The notes: a model not told the origin generated them from the letters alone. A stretch of DNA of 64,000 bases from Dehalococcoidales bacterium (GCA_050018395.1 JBEKAC010000002.1:600-64599), one strand, 5' to 3'. Shown: positions 10,551-20,473, counted from the stretch's first letter. A program made the numbers and translations.

Positions 10551-11300
10551 CTAGTCCCGCAGGCTGCGCCCGGTCAGCTTTAAGAAGACGTCTTCCAGGG
10601 TCACTTTGTCCGGCGACCCTAACTGCGATTTTAAATTGCGGGGCGTGTCCAGGGCGATGATCTGCCCCCCGTCCATGATGGCGACGCGGCTGCACAGGCG
10701 GTCCGCTTCTTCCATGTAGTGGGTGGTGTAAAGCACCGTCAGGCCCTTTTTCTCCAGGTTCTGGATGTTCTCGAAGATGTGGTTCCGCGACTGCGGGTCG
10801 ATGCCCACCGTGGGCTCATCCAGGAAAAGCAGCTCCGGCTCACCCATCAGCGCGATGGCCAGGTTGATGCGACGCTTCATGCCACCGGAGAACTTGGAAA
10901 CTTTACCTTTGGCCCGGTCCTCCAGACCCATCAGCTCCAGGTTTTTTTTCGCCTGCGCGCGGGATTCCTCGCCGCTTAGCCCCACCATCCGCCCGAAGAA
11001 GACCATGTTATCGAGGGCGGAGAGGTCTTCGTAAAGCGCCAGGTCCTGCGGGCACACGCCGATGATACTGCGCACGGCCTCGGCGTCATTTTTCACGGAA
11101 TGCCCCCCGATGATGATATCGCCGCTATCGGCCGGGAGCACGGTAGCCATCATGCGTATCGTCGTCGTCTTGCCGGCGCCATTGGGCCCTAAAAGCCCGA
11201 AAATCTCACCCTTGTTGATGGTAAAAGAAACGCCGTTGACCGCTTTAAAGTCCTTGAAGCTTTTGTGAATCTCTTTAACGACGACGAATGCCTCTGCCAT
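10551..11300 (-). CDS. ABC transporter ATP-binding protein
   Basis: Walker A GPNGAGKTT, signature SGGMKRR, Walker B LLFLDEP. Start trimmed to MAEAFVVVKEI (ATG at 11300). Confidence 0.9.
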   Translation of the reverse strand: MAEAFVVVKEIHKSFKDFKAVNGVSFTINKGEIFGLLGPNGAGKTTTIRMMATVLPADSGDIIIGGHSVKNDAEAVRSIIGVCPQDLALYEDLSALDNMVFFGRMVGLSGEESRAQAKKNLELMGLEDRAKGKVSKFSGGMKRRINLAIALMGEPELLFLDEPTVGIDPQSRNHIFENIQNLEKKGLTVLYTTHYMEEADRLCSRVAIMDGGQIIALDTPRNLKSQLGSPDKVTLEDVFLKLTGRSLRD

Positions 11301-11383
11301 GACCTTGCCTCCGCGTGCCTCGCCTGAAAAAAGCAAAATTCTTTGCCCATTATATACTTAGAGGGACTAGGGACACAAGAAGG

Positions 11384-11432
11384 AAAATCAAATCTCAAAA
11401 CTCAAATCTCAAAAACACAAATCAAAAGCTAA
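11384..11432. repeat. Degenerate heptamer tandem repeat, 7 units (AAAATCA AATCTCA AAACTCA AATCTCA AAAACAC AAATCAA AAGCTAA)
   Basis: Read directly from the sequence. Same family as 36011..36066 and 56584..56618. Confidence 0.9.
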
Positions 11433-12379
11433 AGATGTGGATTTGTGACCGGTTTTTTGGGGTAATATGTCTCTTGAGTTTCTAATAGCATGGGTGTTGC
11501 TTGATAATCAATAATTAAGTTAGGCTCAGGGACAAAAAAGCGCCTATCTCTGTTTTTTCCTGTTTTTTCTAAACGCTTTTTAATTATTTGAAAATATTCT
11601 TTTTTGTTATCTATCAACACAACGTTTCTGTTTAACTTTTCGGCGGCTACTCCTGTTGATCCACTGCCAGCAAATGGGTCCAGGACAATATCGCCTTCAC
11701 GAGTAAATAGCTTGATAAAAAACGCGGGAACTCCAATGGGAAAAGCAGCGGGATGCCCCATATTTTTTCCTACTAGAGGAACCCTTAGTGTATTTCCTGG
11801 TAGGACATCTTTTTTCCCAACCCACTTTCTCAAATCACGGCCAAAACCACTATCGTTTTCACTATTATGCCTGCCATTACTTTTACCGGTTAGTTTGGCA
11901 AGCCTTTTATTTGCCCATTCGCCTATTTCTTGTTTTACGTTATCTTGATACATAGAGAATTTTGGTTGTTTGGTCATATGAAAACAATATTCCCATTCAT
12001 CACGCAGCCGATTTGGCCAGTAACCTGGCATTGCGTTTGGTTTAACCCAAATATAATCATCAACACAAAGCCATCCATTTTTAGAAAGAGCTTCAATTGT
12101 GTGCCATACAAACCTGTGTCTAATACCATCAACTACTTTATCTTTTACATTCAATACAAATGAGCCATTATCAGCTAAGACTCTCCAAAACTGGTCATGA
12201 AAACTTAAAATGAATTCAACATATTTATCTGGATTAATACTATCATAGTGATTTGAACGCGCATCCGCATAAGGAGGAGAGGTAATAATCAGATTAAAAT
12301 ATCCATCCGGGTATTTAGAAAGTACTTCTCTATTATCACCTAAATGCACTTCAGTTTTATACATATGAGTCACCAACAA
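11429..12379 (-). CDS. DNA methyltransferase, beta-class amino-MTase (N4-cytosine or N6-adenine)
   Basis: Motif IV IITSPPYADA is N-terminal and motif I VLDPFAGSGSTGVAA is C-terminal. Composition is visibly AT-rich compared with the flanks. Confidence 0.85.
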   Translation of the reverse strand: MLVTHMYKTEVHLGDNREVLSKYPDGYFNLIITSPPYADARSNHYDSINPDKYVEFILSFHDQFWRVLADNGSFVLNVKDKVVDGIRHRFVWHTIEALSKNGWLCVDDYIWVKPNAMPGYWPNRLRDEWEYCFHMTKQPKFSMYQDNVKQEIGEWANKRLAKLTGKSNGRHNSENDSGFGRDLRKWVGKKDVLPGNTLRVPLVGKNMGHPAAFPIGVPAFFIKLFTREGDIVLDPFAGSGSTGVAAEKLNRNVVLIDNKKEYFQIIKKRLEKTGKNRDRRFFVPEPNLIIDYQATPMLLETQETYYPKKPVTNPHL

Positions 12380-12401
12380 ATTGTCATATCGTTTTTAGTT
12401 A

Positions 12402-13331
12402 CTAAATACTCTTGTTACCGCAGAAATATTTTATCAACTTATGAGGATCCACGAAGCAATCTTTATCATCTAGTAGTTCATTTTCCCTACAGCATTTACG
12501 GAAGGAATCTAGTAATTCTGGGGGTATTTCTTCACTGACTAAGTAAGGATTTTCACTCTCAAGTAATACGTCTAGTACCAATACTGCTATTTCTTCATAG
12601 GAATAGTTGGAAAAGAACGGCCAGAAATAGTCTGAAAACCATAATTCTGTATTGTACGAATAAGGGACTTTGGCTCTATTTCCTTTCATTAATCTAGTTC
12701 CTCGTTCGACACTCAAACCAAATACGCAAATGTAAGATCCATCACGATTTTTATCCCCACTAGCTACTCTTTCCAATGCAGCAATGGCTTTTGGCCAATC
12801 TTGTCCGCCCATCGTATTGGAACGATTTTTCACTGAGACATATATTGATAATTTTGACTTTCCATTTTTATAAGCTAATACCGCATTAAAATCAGCTTCA
12901 GCCAATCCGATGTCTGAAACAGTTTCAAACCTTTTAGATACTGCGGCGGCATCTTTAGCTATATATTGATACCTCCAAGCAGAATTCATCCTTTCTTTTT
13001 GGATACCTCGATTATGAAATTGTTCTCTAGCCACTTCTGAATAAGGCCTGCCTGTACACTGTAACGCGGTTATCGCTGCATCACCGCAATATTTAACAAA
13101 ATACCTGAATAGACTACGCCCTTCTTTTGTATATATCTTGGTTATTTCTTCTGAAGTAGCATTAGCCGGTAAGTCTAAAACAACTCTGCTTGACTTTCGA
13201 GAGGCGGTTTGAATAGCATCTCTTATGATTGCTTTTAGTTGTATTTTTGAGATATTCTTTACGTGTTGCTTTAGTTTACTATCATCAAGTAAATTATTAT
13301 TCAAACGTGGATACTTTTGAATAGTTACCAT
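12402..13331 (-). CDS. Putative type II restriction endonuclease (cognate of adjacent MTase)
   Basis: 309-aa ORF, co-directional, ending 22 nt upstream of the MTase, with the same AT-rich composition. No family recognised from memory. Possible PD-(D/E)XK variant core (EADFNAV ... IYVSVKNR). Confidence 0.45.
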   Translation of the reverse strand: MVTIQKYPRLNNNLLDDSKLKQHVKNISKIQLKAIIRDAIQTASRKSSRVVLDLPANATSEEITKIYTKEGRSLFRYFVKYCGDAAITALQCTGRPYSEVAREQFHNRGIQKERMNSAWRYQYIAKDAAAVSKRFETVSDIGLAEADFNAVLAYKNGKSKLSIYVSVKNRSNTMGGQDWPKAIAALERVASGDKNRDGSYICVFGLSVERGTRLMKGNRAKVPYSYNTELWFSDYFWPFFSNYSYEEIAVLVLDVLLESENPYLVSEEIPPELLDSFRKCCRENELLDDKDCFVDPHKLIKYFCGNKSI

Positions 13332-13441
13332 TTTTCATCTCTTTTTTTTATATTATCAACATTATTATTGATATATTACACTCCGTCATAGTTAGTTTCA
13401 AGTCTACCCTCTCCCTTAAACCTTGACAAAATCCCCTCGTT

Positions 13442-13470
13442 ATCTTAGAACTTATGTGCTATATTGTCAA
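13442..13470 (-). promoter_or_regulatory. Candidate sigma70-type promoter for the R-M operon
   Basis: The minus strand reads TTGACA, a 17-nt spacer, then TAAGAT, about 110 nt upstream of the ORF start at 13331. Confidence 0.3.
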
Positions 13471-13820
13471 CCTTGAAGAAGTAAATATTTTCTTACGTCA
13501 AGAACCCCTTCCTTTTCCCCCCGCCCGCCTCTATACTGTTCATAGATACCTGCAAATTAACAACCTGCTTAACATAATTCAAATATATAAACAATTCAGC
13601 CTCGCTTTGAATCTGGACCTTAATAAAAAAATATTTGAAAAAACAAAAAAACAAATCCCTTAAATCTTGTTTCTTCATATTCCCCTCTCCCTCGATGGGA
13701 GAGGGAAGCCAAGAGCCTGCCCTGAGCGGAGTCGAACGGGTGAGGGTTAAAGAGGGTAAAAAAGAAGCCCCCGTCCTTCGACAAGCTCAGGATGAACGAG
13801 GGCCCTTTATTATACCTAAC

Positions 13821-13848
13821 AGCTTATAGCTTACAGTTTACAGCTAAA
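13821..13848. repeat. Degenerate heptamer tandem repeat (AGCTTAT AGCTTAC AGTTTAC AGCTAAA)
   Basis: Read directly. Lies just 3' of the AOR gene. Confidence 0.85.
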
Positions 13849-13853
13849 CCCTT

Positions 13854-15701
13854 TTACGGCCAGAGCACCTTGGCCACGTCGTTCAAGCCAACATCCAGCA
13901 GTGCCTGCTTGCCCGGCTTGCCCGTCTGGGTGTCCCAGCCCATGGCCTCGTAGTATTCTTTAGCAAGCTCGGCGGGGTCCAGTGTGGCGCCGGCGCGGGG
14001 GCCCACCTTCTTCGGCGGGCGGCCCAGCATGCGGTCGTGGTGTTTCCAGGGTGTCTTCACGCCTTCCCGGGCGTTGAAAGCCTGCCGCATCATCTCGATG
14101 CGCCGCCCGGTCTTGAGCAGCTCTTCCTTGGTGACGTCCCAGCCGGTGATGGTGCGGAACCCTTCCAGCAGCTCGTCGAACTTGTTATACGCATCGCCGA
14201 TGACGATCATACAGACGCCGGCGGCATTATAGATGTTGGTCACGGCCACCCCGATGCTGTGAGGCACGCCTCTCCCCTTGAGCGACCCGCGGTCGTACTC
14301 CGGCAGCGAGCCGGCGGGCAGCGGACCTTCCCCGCCCATGGTGTGCCGCCCCGGCGTCGGGTTCGCCCCGTATCCGATGGCAAAGTTCAGGCCGCCGCGG
14401 GAATCATGGGCCGGGTATTCCTGCCCGCCCACGTGAATGGCATATTTCTCCGAGCCTTTGCCCACTCTCTCCGCCGCTTTCTTGACGCCATCGGCCAGGA
14501 CATCGCCGAGCCCTTCGCGCTTAGCTATCTTTTCCGTCATGGCGATGATGGCATTGGCATCGCCCCACTTCATCTCGATGCCATCCGTGTCTTTCTTCGT
14601 GATAAGGCCTTTTTCATAGCACTCCATCGCGAAAGCGACGCACGCCCCCACCGATATCGTGTCCAGCCCGTAGCGGTTGCAGATATCGTTGGCTTTAATG
14701 ATGGAAATCAGGTTATTGTTCAGCAGATTGCTGCCGAACATCGCCAGTGTTTCGTATTCCGGTTTATGGGCATGATCGTCATATTTAAACTCGCCGTCGG
14801 ACGGCTTCATGATGCCGCCGCAGCCTATCGGGCAGTGCCAGCAGCCGTATTTTCTCTGCTGCTGCTCTTTCACCGGTTGGGCGCAGATGTCCTTGTACTT
14901 GGGGAAGTCAACGACGACAACGCCGTCCCAGTTCTTGCACGGGGCGTCATCGCCCGCGCAGCTCATTTCCATCAGCGCCGCCGTGCCGAATCCGCCGATG
15001 AATTCCGAGCGCGGGTTCTTGCCGGATACCTGTCTTTTTCTCATTTCCTTGCCGGCGGCTTCATCAGCGACGGGTATCTTCATATTGCCCTTGACCGCGA
15101 TGGCCTTGAGCTTTTTCGAGCCCATCACCGCCCCCAGCCCGGAACGCCCCGCCGCCCGGCCCTTGTTATTCATGACCGCCGCGATAAGGCTCAGCTTTTC
15201 GCCGGACGGCCCGATACAGGCTACTTCCAGCTCTTTGCCGTGTTCCGCCCTTAAAATATCCTCGGTATCGAAGGTGTCTTTGCCCCAGAGTTTAGAAGCG
15301 TCCTTTATTTCCGCTTTACCGTTATCGATCAACAGATAAACCGGCTTGTCCGATTTGCCGGTGAAGAATACCGCGTCATATCCGGCGAATTTCAGATAGG
15401 GACCCACATTGCCGCCGGAGTTAGCATCGCCCCAGCCGCCGGTCAGCGGCGACTTCCCCACCATGACGTAACGTGAGCCGCCCATGGCGTCCGTTCCCGT
15501 CAGCACGCCGGTGACGAGACCCAGGATGGCGTCCGGTCCCATGGGGTCCACGCCGGCTTTTTGCCGGTTGAAGAGAATCCTGGCGCCAAGTCCGTAGCCG
15601 CCAAGGAAATCACGTCCCATCTTCTCATCGAGGGGTTCTTCTTTTATCTGCTTTTTAGTAAGATCAACCCAGAGTATCTTGCCCATAAAGCCATGCGCCA
15701 T
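13854..15701 (-). CDS. aor: Aldehyde:ferredoxin oxidoreductase (tungstopterin AOR family)
   Basis: 615 aa. N-terminus GKILWVDLTKKQI. [4Fe-4S] motif CWHCPIGC. Length and overall pattern are typical of AOR. Confidence 0.85.
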   Translation of the reverse strand: MAHGFMGKILWVDLTKKQIKEEPLDEKMGRDFLGGYGLGARILFNRQKAGVDPMGPDAILGLVTGVLTGTDAMGGSRYVMVGKSPLTGGWGDANSGGNVGPYLKFAGYDAVFFTGKSDKPVYLLIDNGKAEIKDASKLWGKDTFDTEDILRAEHGKELEVACIGPSGEKLSLIAAVMNNKGRAAGRSGLGAVMGSKKLKAIAVKGNMKIPVADEAAGKEMRKRQVSGKNPRSEFIGGFGTAALMEMSCAGDDAPCKNWDGVVVVDFPKYKDICAQPVKEQQQRKYGCWHCPIGCGGIMKPSDGEFKYDDHAHKPEYETLAMFGSNLLNNNLISIIKANDICNRYGLDTISVGACVAFAMECYEKGLITKKDTDGIEMKWGDANAIIAMTEKIAKREGLGDVLADGVKKAAERVGKGSEKYAIHVGGQEYPAHDSRGGLNFAIGYGANPTPGRHTMGGEGPLPAGSLPEYDRGSLKGRGVPHSIGVAVTNIYNAAGVCMIVIGDAYNKFDELLEGFRTITGWDVTKEELLKTGRRIEMMRQAFNAREGVKTPWKHHDRMLGRPPKKVGPRAGATLDPAELAKEYYEAMGWDTQTGKPGKQALLDVGLNDVAKVLWP

Positions 15702-15996
15702 ATACTATCCTCCTGTGACGATGTAACATTTCTTCTTTTTTCTTCGGATTCAATATGAAGCTTACAATGCCGTATAAATAATTGTCAACCGCAATATTTT
15801 TACTCGTAAGTTGAACGTAATATGCATTAATTGTGCTAGAACAAATATTCCATTATGCGCCGTTTGACATTCGCCCGAAAAGCAGATTAACATAGCTTCA
15901 AGAGTCGCCGCGTATGAGTGAGCGGTGTAACTAAAGCCGCTGATTTGATAAAAACGTTAGCTTATAAAGATGAATGGTTATATAGAGGAGGCTGAT

Positions 15997-16764
15997 ATGT
16001 CGCCGATACTTAAAGACAAGGTCGCCATCATCACCGGGGCCGGCCGCGGCCTGGGTAAAGAGTTCGCCCTGCGGTTCGCCGCGGAAGGCGCCAGGCTGCT
16101 CCTGCCGGATATCTCGCTGGAGCGCGCCCAGAACACCGTCAAAGAAATCAAGGCTAAAGGCGGTGAAGCTTACGCTATGCTGGCGGACATCTCCGATGAA
16201 AAGTCCACGCAAAAAATGGCGGAAGAGGTGATGCGGCTTTACGGCAAGGTTGATATCCTGCTTAACAACGCCGCTTTATACTACGGCGTGGAAAGACGCG
16301 CCTGGGACGCCTGGACGGTCAAAGACTGGGACCGCCTGTTCGAGATTAACGTGCGCGGCACGTATCTCTGCTGCAAAGCCATTGCCCCGCTCATGGTCAA
16401 AGCTAAAAAAGGCAAAATTATCAACATTGCCTCGGACGTTTTTAAAGTCGCGGCCGCCCATCAGCTGATGGCTTATGCCTGCTCCAAGTCCGCCGTCTAT
16501 ACGCTGACACAGTGCCTGGCACGGGCTTTAGGCCCCTCCGGCATCAACGTAAACAGCATCGGGCCCGGCTTTACCGCCACGGAAGCCAGCCTGGGGCAGG
16601 ACCCCGCCGGAGACGCTTTTAAAGCCACTATCGACGCCCAATGCCTCAAGCGCCGCGAGGAGCCGACCGACCTCCCCGGCGCGGCGGTGTTTTTAGCTTC
16701 ACCGGACTCCGATTTCGTTACCGGGCAGTTCATTATCGTCAACGGTGGGAGCGTGCTGGCGTAA
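15997..16764 (+). CDS. Short-chain dehydrogenase/reductase (SDR)
   Basis: TGAGRGLG dinucleotide motif, NNAA, catalytic YACSK. GGAGG lies 6 nt upstream of ATG 15997 (track ORF starts at 15970). Confidence 0.85.
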   Translation: MSPILKDKVAIITGAGRGLGKEFALRFAAEGARLLLPDISLERAQNTVKEIKAKGGEAYAMLADISDEKSTQKMAEEVMRLYGKVDILLNNAALYYGVERRAWDAWTVKDWDRLFEINVRGTYLCCKAIAPLMVKAKKGKIINIASDVFKVAAAHQLMAYACSKSAVYTLTQCLARALGPSGINVNSIGPGFTATEASLGQDPAGDAFKATIDAQCLKRREEPTDLPGAAVFLASPDSDFVTGQFIIVNGGSVLA

Positions 16765-16978
16765 AAACGGCACTCCGAGCCCTACCAAACTAAAGGAGCT
16801 GGGATAAGCAATTTTTAGATATTAGTGATGAGCTTTTTGTTTGGGGGAGGGAGTAAACACGCTCTCCTTTTGTTGGCTAATTTATTAAGAGAATTTTTAT
16901 TTGTCTTTTGAAGGAAATCATTTGTTTTACTTTATTCTAGGGTTTATAATCCAGTTAGGTTAGGTATTTTGAGAAAAT

Positions 16979-17824
16979 ATGACGTACGAGACATATTATT
17001 ACAAAGAAGATAGAGTCAAGCTATTATTAGGCAATTGTCTTGAGGTTCTACCTCAAGTCCCGGAAAACTCAATTGATATGATTTTTGCTGACCCACCATA
17101 TAATTTATCTAATGGTGGAATCACTTGTTATGCAGGGCGTATGGTATCTGTAAATAAAGGTGATTGGGATAAGTCAAAAGGCTTTGAGCAAGACCATCAA
17201 TTTACTTTGGATTGGCTTAATGCATGCCGCCGCGTATTGAAAGATGACGGTACTATCTGGATTTCGGGCACTATTCATAACATATATTCAATCGGATTTG
17301 CTTTGCAACAACTTGGTTATAAAATACTCAACGAAATATGTTGGTACAAACCAAATGCTGCACCAAACCTCTCTTGCCGTTATTTTACACATAGCCATGA
17401 GGTGGTGTTATGGGCTGCAAAATCAAAAAACAGTAGGCATAAGTTTAATTACGAACGAATGAAAAAAATAGCCGGTGGTAAACAGATGCGTTCTGTTTGG
17501 ATGGATATAGATAAAGAAGAATCTGTACCAGACATTTGGACAATCAATACGCCGTCAGTAGAAGAAAAACATTTTGGAAAGCATCCAACACAAAAACCTG
17601 TAGCGTTATTAGAAAGAATTATCTTAGCTTCAACAAATCCATATGATACAATTCTCGATCCTTTTACTGGTTCATCAACAACTGGCGTTGTCGCCATCAA
17701 GCATGGTAGAAAATTTATTGGGATTGATAGCAGTAAGGAATATATGGATTTATCCACTAAACGTATTGAAGAGATAACAAGGGAAATAACATTCAATCCT
17801 AAACTTGTCGAAGAATCGGTTTAG
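16979..17824 (+). CDS. DNA methyltransferase, beta-class N6-adenine type (CcrM/M.HinfI-like architecture)
   Basis: Motif IV IFADPPYNL is N-terminal. HPTQKP, then motif I ILDPFTGSSTTGVVA, are C-terminal. Colinear by recall with CcrM-family enzymes. AT-rich cassette. Confidence 0.85.
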   Translation: MTYETYYYKEDRVKLLLGNCLEVLPQVPENSIDMIFADPPYNLSNGGITCYAGRMVSVNKGDWDKSKGFEQDHQFTLDWLNACRRVLKDDGTIWISGTIHNIYSIGFALQQLGYKILNEICWYKPNAAPNLSCRYFTHSHEVVLWAAKSKNSRHKFNYERMKKIAGGKQMRSVWMDIDKEESVPDIWTINTPSVEEKHFGKHPTQKPVALLERIILASTNPYDTILDPFTGSSTTGVVAIKHGRKFIGIDSSKEYMDLSTKRIEEITREITFNPKLVEESV

Positions 17825-17842
17825 TATAGTAGGTGAGTAAAG

Positions 17843-18406
17843 ATGGAATATTCTACCCAAATACCTACAATGAGTTTTACAAAAGAAAATGTTATACATG
17901 AACCTATAAAAACATTCCAAGTAAATGGGAACACTATACTCGCAGTTTATCGAGGTTCGCTTAGTCCGCTAGATATCTTAATAAAATACCGACAAAAACA
18001 GAAAAATGGGAAATGGTCAAATATTCGAACTCCAAAGCATATCCATTGGACTGTGGATATACTAATGAAAACACAGACATATGGGGATTTAACTCGGCAA
18101 TTCCTCGACTACTTCATTGAGGTTTGGAATAATACAAAACCTCTTAAAAGCGAAAAAGAAAGACAATCTCTAGATCTGGCCAAACTCCTTGAATACAGTT
18201 CTACAGAGCTAGAAAAATTCAAGGCGCTAAGCGAAAAAGGGGAATACAGCGTAAGATTTTTAATACTATTGGCAAAGCTACTTATGATACAAGAAAAAAC
18301 TAATAGAGCCGATGCTTACATGTTTAGAAAAGTCTTAGAGGGCTTAAGGTCAGGAAGTGATTTGTTCAGTGTCCTTTCACGTGCAACGTTACGTGGTGGT
18401 GGGTAA
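17843..18406 (+). CDS. Hypothetical protein, 187 aa, coupled to the MTase (possible small endonuclease or other effector)
   Basis: AGGTGAG RBS. Starts 18 nt after the MTase stop with the same AT-rich composition. No motif recognised. Confidence 0.5.
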   Translation: MEYSTQIPTMSFTKENVIHEPIKTFQVNGNTILAVYRGSLSPLDILIKYRQKQKNGKWSNIRTPKHIHWTVDILMKTQTYGDLTRQFLDYFIEVWNNTKPLKSEKERQSLDLAKLLEYSSTELEKFKALSEKGEYSVRFLILLAKLLMIQEKTNRADAYMFRKVLEGLRSGSDLFSVLSRATLRGGG

Positions 18407-18544
18407 CAAAGTATAACGTAATTTAGACATCATATAAATCACAATTTACAACGTTTACATGAGTTTCACATACCTAATATATTACTAAGTAACAGTAAAT
18501 TGTACCTGCCTTTTAGTCAATTATCAATGAGGGAGACCAACATC

Positions 18545-20473
18545 ATGCCGGACTTCGGTTATGCCGGACAGATACTTAAAGTAGATTTATCCAACGAAAA
18601 AGTAAGCAAACAACCCAGCGCCGAATATACGGGAAAATACATCGGCGGGCACGGCCTCGCCGCCCGGCTTTACTGGGAAATGGTGCCGCCCCAGGCTAAA
18701 GCCGCCGACCCGGAGAACTGTTTCGTCTGCGCCAGCGGCCCGCTTACCGGCTTCCCCGGGTTCGCCGGCTTTCGCTGGAAAATTTGCGCCAAGACATCAC
18801 TCAACGTCCCCGAATCATTTAATTACTGCAACCTCGGGGACAAATGGGGGGCGATTTTAAAGTACGCCGGCTATGATGCCCTGGCGGTGCAGGGCAAAGC
18901 GGATAAACCCGTCTACATTTATCTCCACAATGCCGAAGTGGAAATTAAAGACGCCTCGCACCTGCGTTGCCAGTCCACGTTCGATACGAGCGACGCCCTG
19001 AAAGCGGAATTGGGGAAAGGCGTCAGCATCCTCACCATCGGCCCCGCCGCCGAGGCCCGGATCCCTTTTTCCACCGTGCTGGCCGAGGGCGGCGCTTCCG
19101 GCTCCGGCGGTATGGGCGCGGTAATGGGGTCGAAAAATCTTAAAGCCATCGTGGTCGCCGGCAACAAAAGGCCCGTCGCCGCGCACCCGGATAAAGTCAA
19201 GGAACTGGTGGGGATAATCCAGGCCAACCTCCGGAAATCCAGCATGCTCCCGATGGCGATACCCGGCCTGACACGCCTCCATAACTGCTTCGGCTGCGGC
19301 ATCGGCTGCTACCGTGAAATTTACACCAAGGAAAGTAGGGATTATAAAGTCCTCTGCCAGGCATCCATGATGTATGGCATGCACTCCATGAAATACACCG
19401 GTAAAAACGACGGCGCACACCTGCTGGCGACGCGACTCTGCGACGGCTACGGACTGGATACATCGGTAATGCAAAGCATGATCGAGTGGCTGGAAATCTG
19501 TTATAACGAAGGTATTCTCGATGAAAAGAAAACCGGACTGCCGCTTTCAAAAATCGGCAGCTCCGAGTTTATCAGTGAGCTGACACGGATAATCACTCTG
19601 AAAGAAGGTTTTGGTGCTACTTTAGCGAAAGGCATTATCCCCGCCGCCGACGACATCGGTCCCAAAGCTAAGGCACTAATGCCCATGGTCGTCGCCACCC
19701 GCGGCAGCGAGAAAAAAGATTACGACCCGCGCATCTTAATTACCACCGCGCTCGCCTATGCTACCGAGCCCCGCCGCCCTATCCAGCAGCTCCATGAAGT
19801 CAGCATGCTGGCGATGATGTGGGTGGGCATGGGCCCGCCCGGCGCCGATATCAAGCCCGGCTCGATGTTCTCCACGGAAAACTTACGCCGGTACGCGGAA
19901 AAAAACTGGGGCAGCGCCGCCGCCGCGGACTTTTCTACCTACGATGGTAAGGCCCTGGCCGCCAAAAATATCCAGGACAATGTCTTTGCCAAGGAAAGCC
20001 TCGTGACCTGCGACCTGCGCTGGACGATGGCCCAGGTCAATTACACTTTAGGCCTTAATGGTGATACGGTCAGTCCGGCCCGGGTGTATTCCGCCATCAC
20101 CGGCAAAGAAACCGATGAAACCGAATTATCCCGCCTAGGCGAAAAAGTCTTTAATCTACAGCGGGCAATCCTCCTCCGCCAGGGCTGGCAGGGCAGAAAG
20201 GACGATACGCTCCTCGACTATTTCTTCACCACGCCGGTGCAAAAGGGCGAGCTGTTCTTTAACGCCAATGGCCTGATGCCCGGTAAAAACGGCGAAGTTA
20301 TCTCCCGTGTCGGCTGCGTGGTGGAAAAAGATAAGTTTGAAAAGATGAAGACAGAGTATTACGGCTACCGCGGCTGGGACGCCGCCACCGGCCTGCCAAA
20401 GCAATCTAAGCTTAACGAGCTTGGACTCCAGGACATCGCCGCGGACCTGGCGGGGCGGGGACTGGCTAAATAA
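18545..20473 (+). CDS. Aldehyde:ferredoxin oxidoreductase family protein (divergent paralog)
   Basis: Start trimmed to MPDFGYAGQILKVDLS. [4Fe-4S] motif CFGCGIGC. AOR-like N-terminal domain GYDALAVQGKADKPVYIY. Confidence 0.8.
   Translation: MPDFGYAGQILKVDLSNEKVSKQPSAEYTGKYIGGHGLAARLYWEMVPPQAKAADPENCFVCASGPLTGFPGFAGFRWKICAKTSLNVPESFNYCNLGDKWGAILKYAGYDALAVQGKADKPVYIYLHNAEVEIKDASHLRCQSTFDTSDALKAELGKGVSILTIGPAAEARIPFSTVLAEGGASGSGGMGAVMGSKNLKAIVVAGNKRPVAAHPDKVKELVGIIQANLRKSSMLPMAIPGLTRLHNCFGCGIGCYREIYTKESRDYKVLCQASMMYGMHSMKYTGKNDGAHLLATRLCDGYGLDTSVMQSMIEWLEICYNEGILDEKKTGLPLSKIGSSEFISELTRIITLKEGFGATLAKGIIPAADDIGPKAKALMPMVVATRGSEKKDYDPRILITTALAYATEPRRPIQQLHEVSMLAMMWVGMGPPGADIKPGSMFSTENLRRYAEKNWGSAAAADFSTYDGKALAAKNIQDNVFAKESLVTCDLRWTMAQVNYTLGLNGDTVSPARVYSAITGKETDETELSRLGEKVFNLQRAILLRQGWQGRKDDTLLDYFFTTPVQKGELFFNANGLMPGKNGEVISRVGCVVEKDKFEKMKTEYYGYRGWDAATGLPKQSKLNELGLQDIAADLAGRGLAK

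Noticed and set aside
11384-11432. Possibility that the short tandem repeat tracts are CRISPR arrays
   Set aside because: The units are 7-8 nt and contiguous, with no spacers. There are no 24-48-nt repeats and no cas genes in the window.
13635-13829. Small ORFs 13635..13829 (PSPSMGEGS...LRQAQDERG) and 34001..34303
   Set aside because: They are read-throughs of the intergenic hairpin modules. The peptide-like strings are by-products of the repeat sequences, not genes.
14037-15254. Long antisense ORFs in the track: 14037..15254 (+, 405 aa), 51448..52584 (+, 378 aa), 38730..39614 (-), 62410..63258 (-), 2544..3440 (-), 1126..1794 (-), 10008..10532 (+), 18857..19474 (-)
   Set aside because: Each lies entirely opposite a gene with strong family motifs (AOR, gyrA, lysR, obg-nadD, the kinase/regulator, the ABC permease). 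They have Arg/Gly/Ala/His-rich low-complexity translations typical of the antisense frame of GC-rich genes, and they lack RBS or motifs.
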